The notes below the pieces were generated by a model, which saw only the letters and a list, made by a program, of their open reading frames with translations, was not told the origin of the DNA and searched no databases. The position numbers were made by a program, and so were the translations under genes. From Eledone cirrhosa (taxonomy: Eukaryota), in assembly GCA_964016885.1 (NCBI GenBank), contig OZ024746.1, positions 21,948,001 through 22,012,000 on the forward strand: DNA of 64,000 bases, written 5' to 3'. The first letter of the stretch is position 1; each line of letters starts with the position of its first letter. Of this stretch, positions 38,713 through 52,437 are shown piece after piece.

Positions 38713-40585
38713 TACAGTGTTGTTATTAAGATTACCAAAACAGGTTTGTACAGCTTCAAGAAAGTTTATTCTTTTGGTGACTTAAATCTTGAGACAGGTG
38801 TCTGAATATCATCAGACTCAGAGTGCAGAGAGTCAGAACAAATACCAGAAAGCTACTTAGGTAACTTCAGCTGTTGAAAGTTAAGTTCTTTAGCACCATA
38901 CATACAGTAGTGTTGGTAAGAGGAAGTGAACTGCCAACCTCTCTGTTTACTATCCTTCACTTGGCTATTTTCACTTCCACCCACTGTCACTATAATTCTC
39001 CATTTTAGATCAATTAGTCATTAATCCAATCAGGAATTTATAAACTCAGTCAATTAATCACTTATTAACCTCTACCATCCTGTAATGATTTAGCAGAAAA
39101 TATCTAAAAATGGGTTTGTTAATTCAAATATTTATAGCACCAGTACTTAGTCAAATCCTTGCTAGCAGAGAAAAAAACCGGATATGAAATAGCAATGATG
39201 ATGATGATGCTCCTGTAATTATTTAGCAAAAAATATCTAAAAATGGGTTTATTAATTCAAATGTTTATAGTATCTTTACTATCTTTACTAGAAGTTGTGA
39301 AAATACAGCAGTATTAGAATAAAGACTTCAATTGTTAATGTGAAACAGTCTGTACTTTTCAAAACTATCTTGCCAGACTTTCACTTGCTGACACCTCAAG
39401 CTATATAAAATTTGAGGCCTTTCCCTAAAAATTATATAAACTGAGGTTTACTCAACAAAACTGCAGCAGGTACATTCTAAGTAAATAGGTAAATAATTTT
39501 TTTTATCTTGTTTGCTTTTGCCAAGTTTAATTCTTATGCTCTGACTAATTGATTCTTATTAATTCCATCACTGAGCAAAACTGGTATTGGTTAGACTCCC
39601 TCATGTGTATGCCTATACTTGTGTATATAAATATATATCTTCAGTAAATTTGTTAATTACTCTCCTTTATGGCTGAGTAAACGAAATTTGACCAAATCAG
39701 ACTGCTTCTTCTAGCAACCCCTTTACTTGCCATTGTCCACCTACCACTGCTCCTCTGTTGACTGTTTGAAACTAATGCTGGTAGTAAATAACTCAAAAGA
39801 ATTATTTCTTGTTTGAAAAGTTTCCTGATGAGTTGAGATTTTCACAGTACTCAAAACTGAGGTTTACTCAACGGGAAAGAAGTAGGGACATTCTAAGTAA
39901 ATAGGTAAATTTTTCTTTATCTTGTTTACTTTTTCCAGTTATAATTTATACATATATATATATATATTTATTTATTTGTTAACTTGATCTCTTGATGAAT
40001 ATACACACCTTTGGATTATTTTAGATATATATAAATTAGATTGGGATCCTTATATATATTTGTCTTTGTTTTAAATATATAATTTGGATATATAACTTGT
40101 AAGATTACCGGTTATAATGGAACCGTAAATCATTCATGCATTTATATATTTTACTCATTTTGGGTATGTTTTGAGACTCAGAAAGTTAGATTTGCACATA
40201 TATATTTTTTATATATATTTAGGTATAAATATCACAAACCATACTAGTCGACACATATTGGTCTCTCTTTCCACTGAACTGGAGGTAAAACTACAATTAT
40301 AACTTTACTAATAATGATTGTAATTATTTATTTATTTATTATATGTATATCGTTTCACTAAATCTATAATACTCTCTCTATATATTTGAACAAATATGTT
40401 TATCTAGTATAATAACATGCTCATAGTTACATTTATAAGTAATTTTGATACTCAAATGACTCTCTATTGTTATAAGTGTTTGATATTTCTTTAATGTTCA
40501 AAATTATATAATGATTATTACTTAATTTAATTTAATTTATTTTAATTAATTTATTTTAATTAAATTCGGGTTACATTCGGGTCAT

Positions 40586-41413
40586 TCTTCTATCATCTTC
40601 GTGGACACTTTAGAAGTGTTGTTTGTCTATGGTATAAATTAAAAAAAAACCCTCTAGCATTTTAAATTATATATTTTTTAATATTGGGCACTTTTATGTT
40701 CGCAAACAATTCATTATTTTTACTTTTTCACTTGTTATTTTGTATCTAGTCCTTATCCTTAGGACTCATGAAGTTTTGACTTGTATATTTATAGTATATC
40801 CTATTACAATAATTGATCTAAAACATTAATTTTAACAATATTTTCAGTAACTTATTTATTGTATTGTATTATGTTATGTCTATTTGAGAGGTATCATCTT
40901 AAGTCTTTAGACAATATAATCTTTGTGTATTTTTTTTTTTTTTGATAAACGCACATATGTAATTTAATAATCAGACTTTTTAAAGTTTAATTAAATCCTT
41001 AGCTCCTCTTCTATCATCTTCGTGGACACTTTAGAAGTGTTGTTTGTCTATGATATAAATTTAAAAAAAACCCTCTAGCATTTTAAATTATATATTTTTT
41101 AATATTGGGCACTTTTATGTTCGCAAACAATTCATTATTTTTACTTTTTCACTTGTTATTTTGTATCTAGTCCTTATCCTTAGGACTCATGAAGTTTTGA
41201 TTTGTATATTTATAGTATATCCTATTACAATAATTGATCTAAAACATTAATTTTAACAATATTTTCAGTAACTTATTTATTGTATTGTATTATGTTATGT
41301 CTATTTGAGAAGTATCATCTTAAGTCTTTAGACAATATAATCTTTGTGTATTTTTTTTTTTTTGATAAACGCACATATGTAATTTAATAATCAGACTTTT
41401 TAAAGTTTAATTA
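40586..41413. repeat. Recent ~420-bp tandem duplication
   Basis: 40586-40993 vs 41007-41413 differ at only a few positions. Confidence 0.95.
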
Positions 41414-42276
41414 TAAGGCCTGTTGATCCTTTAGGCATTCAAATAGTTAATCTTAAAATTCTTTAAAATTTACAGTTGTAATTTTTTCTAAATTATATAA
41501 TATAAACTGTTTTCAATATAATAGAAATAATTTAATATTATATAATAAATTTACTAAAGTTTACCTTCCTGAGGTTGTAAAAACTTTGTTTTCTTTCTCA
41601 TGTTTGTAAATCCTTTAAATTTGATTTCATAAATTAAATATGATAGTATACTTTAATATTAATACAGATATTTATTAACTTTTATAACCTAAAATATTAT
41701 TCATTACTCTGAACTAACTTAATGTTTGAATGTTAACGGTCAACCAGATACATTTGGATATATATTGTATATATGGATAGTTGTCTAAGGACTCGATAAT
41801 AACCTTCATATGAATAAACACAATTATATCTAAAATTCCGATTGATGAATACTTTTAAATATTTTTAGATATTTCAATAATTCAATAAATTGAGTTTTTT
41901 TTTCTTTTTTCCTAAAGCTAAGCCCAAATATTGTTTTAGTTTAATATCTCCCTATAATATTACATTGTATAAGTTATTCCTCTTTATCTCTCTCTCTGTA
42001 ATCAACTCGCCTTTGTTTTCTAGGCTCTTACTAGCTTTATCCTCTATGCCTTTCTTTTCTTTCCTCCTTCTTCAGTAATTTAAATTATTAAACAGTTATA
42101 TTGCTACCATGTATTTTTAAAACTTTCTCACACGTACCCTCTCTAATGTATGTATTATATGTTTTTCTCATGTTTTCAATATTAAGGTATATAAATATTG
42201 GATTTTGTCATATATTATTCACTACCATGACTGAATCTTAACCATCTACCATGTCAGGGTATGTCATGCATCATCT

Positions 42277-42343
42277 TATTTTATCTGATGAGGACGTACT
42301 GTTGAAGTTAACTCAGTACCTCTGAAATATGTATAATAAAATA
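42277..42343 (+). ncRNA. Type I hammerhead ribozyme, best-preserved copy
   Basis: Perfect 8-bp stem I TATTTTAT/ATAAAATA, CTGATGA, stem II GGA c GTACTG/CAGTAC c TCT, GAAA, stem III ATA/TAT; predicted cleavage after A42335. Confidence 0.85.
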
Positions 42344-42473
42344 TACTTGATCACAAGAATATCTATTTTGTTAATATTTTGAATTAATATTACTCCGGAA
42401 AACCATTTCTGTTGAGTGCTTCCAATCTATTGTAAAACTCATTCTTTGATTTATTCATTGAACCTTGTTTAAC

Positions 42474-42514
<41 letters not shown>

Positions 42515-42558
42515 TATACATATATGTCATCATCATTGTTTAATGTCCATTTCCAAAA

Positions 42559-42637
42559 TATCACAGGGTCATCAGACAAGAACATGTTCTTGTCTGATGA
42601 CCCTCTGATAAGCAGGTAAAACTCCAGAGTAACTAGA
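42559..42637 (+). ncRNA. Mutated hammerhead (GAAA>AAAA) overlapping a 40-bp perfect palindrome
   Basis: Palindrome 42565-42604; TCTTGT-CTGATGA-cCCT..AGGt-AAAA-CTC/GAG-TA-ACTAGA. Confidence 0.55.
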
Positions 42638-42897
42638 TTCACTACTTAGGCTTAATAAAATGAAAATATATATATATATATAATATTTAAGTATCGAGAG
42701 AGAGAAGAAGAGATAAGCGATACAAATATTTAGTTGCCAATAACTTATACATATGTACTCAATACTTGTGCCTACAGGGTTAAATATTAGAAGCGTTAAT
42801 ATCTAGTGGGCGAGAATATAAGCAGAGCGGTTACAAGTGGAATGATTACAAAGGAGAATATACCGTTAAAACATGTTTATATATAAAATGCACCTAC

Positions 42898-42939
<42 letters not shown>

Positions 42940-45900
42940 AACATTAACATAAAAAATAATAATCATGTATAATTATTTAACATTTTTTTTACTCAAAGCT
43001 TTTTAGAGAAAGGCTTCAAATTTTATATAGCTTGGGGCCTCAACTGGTGAAAGCCGGGCCCTGATTTCAACAGGAGTGCAGGCCCTTTGGAAGGTATAAT
43101 AACGTTCCTGTGTGTTTAGATCAGTGTTTGAACGTAACCTTCAAACTCATCAGTGTGATATCATAGTGTCTAAGGGAGAGAATTCTTTCAATTATATATT
43201 TAACACAATTTTAAGATAAATAAATGAAAATTATCTTATTCATATTTTCTCCACTAAATTAAACTAATCAAAACCACTGGAATATTCAGCAGAATATAGT
43301 TTCTTTTTTTTTTTTAAACAATGATTTTATGAAAAATTCTTTCCCTAAATTTGTAACTGAAATCTGACAGATGACAAAAAAATACCTGACCTCTTCTGTG
43401 ACTTGCAAATTTTCACACTGTAGAAAATATAACTAAATCCTTTATAAGTTTATTTCAATATAATGCATACAAATAAACAAAATTTATATATAAAAAAAAA
43501 GAAATAAGTGGGAGAAAAAAAGCACACACAATCACATTCCACAAGAATGGGCACTGGAGTCTAATAAATTTTTGAGGCAAGCCAACATAGCTGTGGGTGA
43601 TTACAAGGCTGAGATGCTGAAGTGCCTAAGCACTTTCACTAGGAATATCAACTAATATTTCAGTAAGATGAGCCAATAATGATAAAAAGTTTGTTGTCAG
43701 CAGCCCAGCTCCCCAAAATATCTTGAACATCACAGGCTGAAAAAAATAGTTACCCGATAATAATTCCTGGTATTCAAAACTGCATGAAAACAAAGAAATG
43801 CTACCAACCCATTGATTTAACTCTTCAGCATTTAAATTGGCCATATCCAGCCAGAATTCTCCTACCTTTTTCTGATCAAACCAGCTGTAACTGGCCAAAT
43901 TGAGTTATATATTAGTTTACCGTTTCTCTCTCTCTCTCTTATATATATATATACTTGTGCATGTATGTAGTAAGTCTCATAGTGAGCATATAACTTTTTG
44001 CATGTATAGATTATATAGATAAAGTTTTATGCATTTAAATTAATATATACACAGATAGTTATGTAAAGTTCATGGTAATTCATACCTCTGAATAGGCTAG
44101 GAGAGTACCGTCATCCAGGGTAAATTTTAGAATCATAAATCTCTTGAGAAAGGTGCCTACTGTTTAATAAACTCTGAGTCTGAGGTGCATTTGTAATGGC
44201 TATATCTAACATCCTATGAGTGTTTTAGGTCTTTTAGACATCCTTTATCATGTAGTATTTGAAACAAAATGTAAATTTACTACATAATATTAGATTTAGA
44301 ACTGCACAAGTAGGGGTCAACTGAACACAGAAATAATTACTGGTACCATCCCCGTCTAAACCTAATTGTTTTACCTCCCTTTTTATGAATCAATGAGAGC
44401 ACCTCTACATGGCTATTCGATTCGATGGAAATAGAAGCCTAATTTCACTCAAATTGCACTCTAGTATCATAATAAAAAAGGATAATTGAGTACACTCAAA
44501 AAAAGGATAATTGAGTACACTCTCTGCAGCAGAGAAAAGCTAGACTGTATCTACATATAATAACATCTTGCTATGGATATATAAACACAGTTATTAATAG
44601 AAGGTTTATTGTGTCATGTGTATGCATGGTATGGCAACATTATATTCTGTTCATATAAATTAAAGTGTGTGAGCATGTATCTGTTTGTATATATGTATAT
44701 ATATGTATGCATATATATATATATAAATATGTTTGTAAATGTTTGTATTTATAATAAAAGCAATGAATAGAGGATGTATTGTGTGTTTGTGTCAATGTGT
44801 ATGTGTATGTGTGTGTATATATATATATATATATATAAAATTGTGCATGTATGTCAGTCTTAATGTATGCATTTGTATGAGCATGCATGAGAGCACATAC
44901 TTTTTTATGTATATACAATATATAGATGAAGTATTATGCTAATGTATCAATATGTATATATATATATATATAGTTGCATATGCACTTGTATGTGTTCATA
45001 TACTTTTTTGAATGGATACATTATATAGACAAGTTGATGTCTAGCTGTTGAGTTGGGACTCCACCCACATGACTGCACTTAGAAATGAAATAATAATGAG
45101 GGTGGTGGTGGTGGTGGTGAGGATGAGGATGATGATGATGATGATGATGATGGTGATGATGATAATGGTGATGATGATAATGATGACGTATTGATGGCAG
45201 TGATGATGATGGTGATTATGATGATGATGGTAATTACAGAAAGTCTCTAGCTTATCTTGATAGTGACACATTGTAAACAGATGTGCATTGAAATAAATCT
45301 CAGTAAGTGAAACCATGCAAATCTTAAAATGCCAACTTCAGTGTTGAAGCACCGTAAAATCTGCATATTTTCAGTAGATAATAATTAGCTACAACATTTG
45401 CATATCTTAATAACTGCTGAGCAGTTTTAGGTAAGATGAGAATTGCTTGAGGATTAGATTTTGTGGGGAAAGGGTGATTCATTCATTCATCAGGTTTAAC
45501 TTTTAACATCCTGTACCACAAGAAACCACATTAGTACAATCATCTTGAAAAGTACAAAGCAGTACTATGACTGCATCACATAAAAAATTGAAGTCTAATA
45601 CTGCAAATTTTCAGAGATCTATCCACTAAAAGTTACTATAAACATTTAAATCAACAAACCACATGAAGCCACATTAACAAGACAATCTTGAAAAATATAA
45701 AGTAATACAATGACTAGATCACATTGCAAATTAAAGTCTTTACTTTAACACTGTAACATACGTCCACTCTAATCCAATTCAACCCAGGGTCTTCCCATTC
45801 CTGTTGGAGGAACACCTCCCTGGTTGATCTCCACCACTTTATGTTTTGGTTTTTGTCATGTCTTCACCATTCTTGGCATATGTGGGTTGGTGAGGCTATT

Positions 45901-46244
45901 TAATCCATAGTTGGGGTGGATGGCCATTGACTCTGAGGAGTACATCCACCCTTTTAAGAGCTCTTGGTTTTGTGTGCTACTGGGGTTCAACTTGTCCTCC
46001 ATATGTCCACAAGTAAAGGTATAATAAATATTTGAATTAACAAATCTACTTTTAGATATTTTCTGCTAAATTATTACAGGATGTTATGAGATAATTAACC
46101 ACATCTAAAAACATAGGGTGTAGGGTATGTGAAAGATATCAAGTTTGTGAAAAGAACCAGTAGATTTGTGTAGATTCTGAGCAAAATGATAAAATTAAGT
46201 TTTGACTTCCGTACATTTCTTTCAGATGAAAGAAACATGAATAC

Positions 46245-46656
46245 AGGAAACAGTTTTAAGTTTATCAACACTCAACAAAGCTGTAGATCATCTAAATACA
46301 GGTTTAACACTCTTCAAAATTGTAGATCAACTAAATACAGGTTTAACACTCTTCAAAGCTGTAGATCATCTAAATACAGGTTTAACACTCTTCAAAATTG
46401 TAGATCAACTAAATACAGGTTTAACACTCTTCAAAATTGTAGATCAACTAAATACAGGTTTAACACTCTTCAAAGCTGTAGATCAACTAAATACAGATTT
46501 AACACTCTTCAAAGTTGTAGATCAACTAAATAAGGGTTTAAAGCTCTTCAAAGTTGTAGATCAACTAAATAAGGGTTTAAAGCTCTTCAAAGTTGTAGAT
46601 CAACTAAATAAGGATTTAAAGCTCTTCAAAGTTGTAGATCAACTAAATACAGGTTT
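46245..46656. repeat. 39-bp minisatellite, ~10 copies
   Basis: TGTAGATCAACTAAATACAGGTTTAACACTCTTCAAA.. periodicity. Confidence 0.95.
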
Positions 46657-47589
46657 ATAGATAAGGTACTACATTGACTCCATAATTTGAATGGTAATTA
46701 TTTTATTGACCTCCAGGAACATGAAAGACAAAGTCAACTGTGACACAATTTAAATTCAGAACATAAAAAGACATAACATTGGCTTGGGTTAGATGGGTTA
46801 TCACAGTCCAAGACTAGAATGCTGGAGGGACCAATCTGCATATTATGTTCCATATTTAGCACGTTTCTACATTTGGATGCCCTTCGTAATGCTAACCACC
46901 TTACAGTGTGTGCTGGGGGCATTTTTCATAACAACAGCACAACCACTTTACAGAGTGTACTGGGTGTATTTTATCATAGTACCAATGCTAACACTTTATA
47001 GGGTGTACTGTGTGCACTTTGTGTTACCAGCATTACCACTTTAAAGAGTGGACTGATTATTTTTACCATGGTACTAACACTAACACATTACAAGGTGTAC
47101 TGAGTACACTTTATCATGGCACCAGCTCTAGAGAGGTTGTCCCATGCTAGGCCACACTAAAGAGTTGTCTCAAACCCTATATTTTCTCTCTTTAATTACA
47201 ATTGTTAGACACTCTAGCTTCCAGTCTCTCTCCATGTTTACTTTTAATGTTACAGCGTTTGTACCGATAAAAATAAATACATATATTTCCAATTAAATTC
47301 TATCTTAACAGTCCCCTTGAACGAAGCCGAAATAATTTGACCTCTGTCTTTATTTAGTCTATGATAGCTCAATATTTGAACATTTGTCTTAGCAAGTATC
47401 ATTATTTTCTTGTGGCTCTCAACTTGAGCAGATTATCTGAACCAGAGATCAAGAGGTAATATAAACCATCTCTTTAGTCTTTCTTATAAATTTACTTTAC
47501 TTTGTAGAGACACAAAGGTTATCTTGATTACTCACAAGCTATTACAGAATTTTGAAAATATTTGGTTGGTATGATTAAAAAATACAGGC

Positions 47590-48045
47590 AATACACACAC
47601 ACATACATATGCACACTCAAAACACACATCCACATGCACACATAATCCACACATACACACACAAAACACATATCTACATGCATGCACATGTACACAACAC
47701 ACAAAATTCACATACACACACAACACACATACAAAATCCATACACATACATACACACACATACTCAAAACACACATCCACAAGCACACAACACACACACG
47801 CACAAACATGTACATATACACACAAAATCCATATACACACACATAACATACATACAAAATCCATACCCATACACACACAAAACACACATCTACAAAACAC
47901 ACATGTATGCACACATACACGCACACAAATCCACAAAACACACACGCATGCACACATACACACACATAGAACACATAAAATTCATACATACACACATACC
48001 CACACACACACATATACAAGCATACAACGCAAGTACACACACACT
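47590..48045. repeat. Degenerate (CA)n-rich tract
   Basis: Directly visible. Confidence 0.85.
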
Positions 48046-48124
48046 CTGCTGTCTACAGTCTTCAGCATGTAATTGTCATTGATGACCCAGAGATTTCAAG
48101 ATAAACAAAGCCACCAGTAATTTG

Positions 48125-48662
48125 GTGGTGATGTAGTGGGGTGTGTGTGTAGTTGGGTGGTGTAGTGAGGGGGTCTGGGGGGTGCAGTTGGGTGGTGTAG
48201 TGGGGGGGGGGGTTCTGGGGGTGCAGTGGGGTGTGTGTGTGTGTAGTTGGGTGGTGTAGTGGGGAGTCTGGGGGGGTGCAGTGGGGTGGTGTAGTGGGGG
48301 TCGGGGGTGGTGTAGTGGGGTGTGTGTGTAGTTGGGTGGTGTAGTGAGGGGGTCTGGGGGGTGCAGTTGGGTGGTGTAGTGGGGGGGGGGGGGTGCAGTG
48401 GGGTGTGTGTGTGTGTAGTTGGGTGGTGTAGTGGGGAGTCTGGGGGGTGCAGTGGGGTCGTGTAGTGGGGGTCTGGGGTGGTGTAGTGGGGGTCGGGGGT
48501 AGCGTGGGGTCTGGGGGTAGTGGGGTGGGGGTGTAGTGGAGGGTCTGGGGAGATGTAGTGGGGTGATGTAGTGGGGGTTCTGGGATTATGTTGGTCGGGT
48601 GGGGAGGTGTAGTGAGGTGGGGTGGTGTAGTGGGGAACTAGGGTGGAGTAGTGGGGTGGGGG
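48125..48662 (+). repeat. G-rich repeat (GGGTGGTGTAGT variants)
   Basis: Dozens of G3+ runs with an internal ~180-bp duplication. Confidence 0.85.
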
Positions 48663-48974
48663 TAAACTATTGACAGAACAGTATATGATATGAAGTTACA
48701 ACAGTTGATATATTGTCATTAAAATATTGGACATTTGTTTAGAGAGTCATAAATATGTTATCAGGTTTTTATCAGATCAATGAGATAGATATTGGTTTGA
48801 ATAGAAAATATATTAAGATGCCGAGACAAAGGAGAGGAGATGGCTGAGAAAACATATCTGATGGTAGGGTTTCAGATACAATAGGGACCATTTGATTTTG
48901 AATACATGGAAGTTAGGAGATATATAATGGGATTAGCCTAATTTGATGGAACAAAGATATTGGTTTTTAAAGTT

Positions 48975-50933
48975 GGGTTACACATTGTTGGCTCACAGAG
49001 GCCCTCACTAATAGTCAGACTGTGTTACACATTGTTCAGAGTGTGTTACACATTGTTGACTCACTAAGGCCCTCCCTATTGGTCAGACAGTGTTACATAT
49101 TGTTATTTTACAGATATCCTCACTATTGGTCAGACTGTGTTACACATTGTTGGTTTACAGTAGCCCTCCCTATTGGTCAGACTGTGTTACACGTTGTTGG
49201 TTTACAGTGGCCCTCACTATTGGTCAGACTGTGTTACACGTTGTTGGTTTACAGAGACCCTCCCTATTGGTCAGACTGTGTTACACGTTGTTGGTTTACA
49301 GAGACCCTCACTATTGGTCAGACTGTGTTACACATTGTTGGTTTACAGAGACCCTCACTATTGGTCAGACTGTGTTACACGTTGTTGGTTTACAGTGGCC
49401 CTCACTATTGGTCAGACTGTGTTACACATTGTTGGTTTACAGAGACCCTCACTATTGGTCAGACTGTGTTACACATTGTTGGTTTACAGAGACCCTCCCT
49501 ATTGGTCAGACTGTGTTACACATTGTTGGTTTACAGTGGCCCTCCCTATTGGTCAGACTGTGTTACACGTTGGTTTACAGTGGCCCTCCCTATTGGTCAG
49601 ACTGTGTTACACATTGTTGGTTTACAGAGACCCTCACTATTGGTCAGACTGTGTTACACATTGTTGGTTTACAGAGACCCTCACTATTGGTCAGACTGTG
49701 TTACACGTTGTTGGTTTACAGTGGCCCTCACTATTGGTCAGACTGTGTTACACATTGTTGGTTTACAGTGGCCCTCACTATTGGTCAGACTGTGTTACAC
49801 ATTGTTGGTTTACAGAGACCCTCACTATTGGTCAGACGCTGTTACACATTGTTGGTTTACAGAGACCCTCACTATTGGTCAGACTGTGTTACACATTGTT
49901 GGTTTACAGAGACCCTCACTATTGGTCAGACTCTGTTACACATTGTTGGTTTACAGAGACCCTCACTATTGGTCAGACTGTGTTACACGTTGTTGGTTTA
50001 CAGTGGCCCTCACTATTGGTCAGACTGTGTTACACATTGTTGGTTTACAGTGGCCCTCCCTATTGGTCAGACTGTGTTACACATTGTTGGTTTACAGTGG
50101 CCCTCACTATTGGTCAGACTGTGTTACACATTGTTGGTTTACAGTGGCCCTCACTATTGGTCAGACTGTGTTACACATTGTTGGTTTACAGAGACCCTCA
50201 CTATTGGTCAGACTGTGTTACACATTGTTGGTTTACAGAGACCCTCACTATTGGTCAGACTGTGCTACACATTGTTGGTTTACAGAGACCCTCACTATTG
50301 GTCAGACTCTGTTACACATTGTTGGTTTACAGAGACCCTCACTATTGGTCAGACTGTGTTACACATTGTTGGTTTACAGAGACCCTCACTATTGGTCAGA
50401 CTCTGTTACACATTGTTGGTTTACAGAGACCCTCACTATTGGTCAGACTGTGTTACACATTGTTGGTTTACAGAGACCCTCACTATTGGTCAGACTGTGT
50501 TACACATTGCTCAGACTGTGTTACACATTACTGGTTTACAGAAGCTCTCATTGGTCAGACTGTGTTACACATTGCTCAGACTGTGTTACACATTACTGGT
50601 TTACAGAAGGCCTCACTATTGGTTAGACTGTGTTACACATTGCTCAGACTGTGTTACACATTACTGGTTTACAGAAGGCCTCACTATTGGTCAGACTGTG
50701 TTACACATTACTGGTTTACAGAAGCTCTCACTATTGGTCAGACTGTGTTACACATTGCTCAGACTGTGTTACACATTACTGGTTTACAGAAGGCCTCACT
50801 ATTGGTCAGACTGTGTTACACATTGCTCAGACTGTGTTACACATTACTGGTTTACAGAAGGCCTCACTATTGGTCAGACTGTGTTACACATTACTAGTTT
50901 ACAGAAGCTCTCACTATTGGTCAGATTGTGTTA
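48975..50933. repeat. 47-bp minisatellite, ~40 copies; distal units ~68 bp through a 21-bp subduplication
   Basis: Unit TTGGTCAGACTGTGTTACACATTGTTGGTTTACAGAGACCCTCACTA. It explains three overlapping ORFs of >500 aa. Confidence 0.97.
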
Positions 50934-52091
50934 AGCTTTGATTTCATCATCATTATTTAACATCTGTTTTTCCCTGTTAACAACAGTTGGACAGGTCAAT
51001 TTCACACTACAGAGTTCACTGGATGCATTTTATTATGTTGCCAACTCTAGAAAGGATGCCCTGTCTTCGACACAACTGAAGAGTACTTGTGACCTTTTGT
51101 TTAGCAAGTTTTCTACAGTTGGGTGCCCTTCATATCACTAACCACAATACAGAGTATACTGGGTGTGTTTATCATGTTATGAACATTAGAGAGCTTGTTG
51201 TGGCCTCGACACAATGGAAGACTCCTCTTGAGCCTTGATTTGGCAGGGCTCCTACAGATGGCTATATATATAAAATAAATGGTTAAAATTTTTCATAATA
51301 AATTAAAACTTGAATGATAATATATACATACAAAATATGATGAAAAAGTGACAGAAGTAGCAATATATATGGCTCTGCAGTTAATAAGTTTACTTTTAAT
51401 ATGGATTTAGGATTGATCCCAAAATAAAACACAAAAGGTGTGTTTTCAACTATAGCCTTGAATAGATCAAAGGCCTCTAACTCACATTTCATAAAGAGCA
51501 TTTTAGTTGAAATGTATAAGTGGTGTGTGAATATATATATATATGTGTGTGTGTAGTTCTCCCTGCTTCACTTAATGACATAATTAGATATTTTATTCTC
51601 CTAGCATACATTTAACCATATCTCAATAGATTGTCTTCACATGCTACTGTTAAGACTATATTTTTTAAAGGTAATATTTGCTCATATATATTTTTTTAAA
51701 CATTTACATCTGTGTTCATGGATTGATATTTGGTGTTGTTGGTAACAGCAGTGGTGTTGCTTGTGGTGTTGGTGGTGTTGTTGGTGGTGGTGATAATGTC
51801 ATTGTTGATATTGTGGTGCTTTATATATAATTGTTACTACTTATGGTGGTGCTTTATATACAATGTATATATATACAGGTAGAAGTGAAAGGGGTACAAG
51901 CTTCGCAAGTTTCATCACAGGTAACCCATCAAGTAAGGAGAGCAGTAACTTTCAATATGAACCAATATAGGGTAGAGTGTGTCCTTTAAAACTGTTGCAG
52001 ACAATCTCTCTGATGTCAGTGGAACAGTGGACACCACAAATATTCTATTCAATACCTTAATGACTCTACCAATTCCCTCACTGACATGATT

Positions 52092-52437
52092 ATCGGTAGA
52101 GGGTTGGACGCCATGCTTTCCAGCATAGTTACGTCCCTTTACGATCTGAGTTCAAATCCCGCCGAGGTTGACTTTGCCTTTCATCCTTACGGGGTCGATA
52201 AAATAAAGTACCAGTAATGCACTGGGTAATTGCTGGCCTTGTGCCTAAAGTAGAAACAATTATTTGAATAGCGCCATGCTTTGATGCATAGAGTTACGGC
52301 CTTTGCCATTCTGAGTTCAAATCCCGCCGAGGTTAACTTTGCCTTTCATCCTTACGGGGTCGATAAAATAAAGTACCAGTAATGCACTGATAAATTGCTG
52401 GCCTTGTGCCCAAAATAGAAACAATTATTTGAATAGC
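52092..52437 (+). mobile_element. Two tandem family B SINEs
   Basis: The second, 5'-truncated copy is flanked by direct repeat AATTATTTGAATAGC (52258-52272, 52423-52437). Confidence 0.85.

Larger units (their letters stand above)
40560..42477 (+). mobile_element. Possible highly decayed, AT-rich Penelope-like element
   Basis: Faint ordered motifs LDNIIF (RT-like) and YI.Y...LRTR (GIY-YIG-like), then an intact HHR and a terminus at (TA)n. Confidence 0.4.

Noticed and set aside
49022-50934. Three ORFs over 500 aa, or a CRISPR-like array
   Set aside because: Head-to-tail 47-bp units with no unique spacers and no cas genes; the ORFs follow from a stop-free unit.
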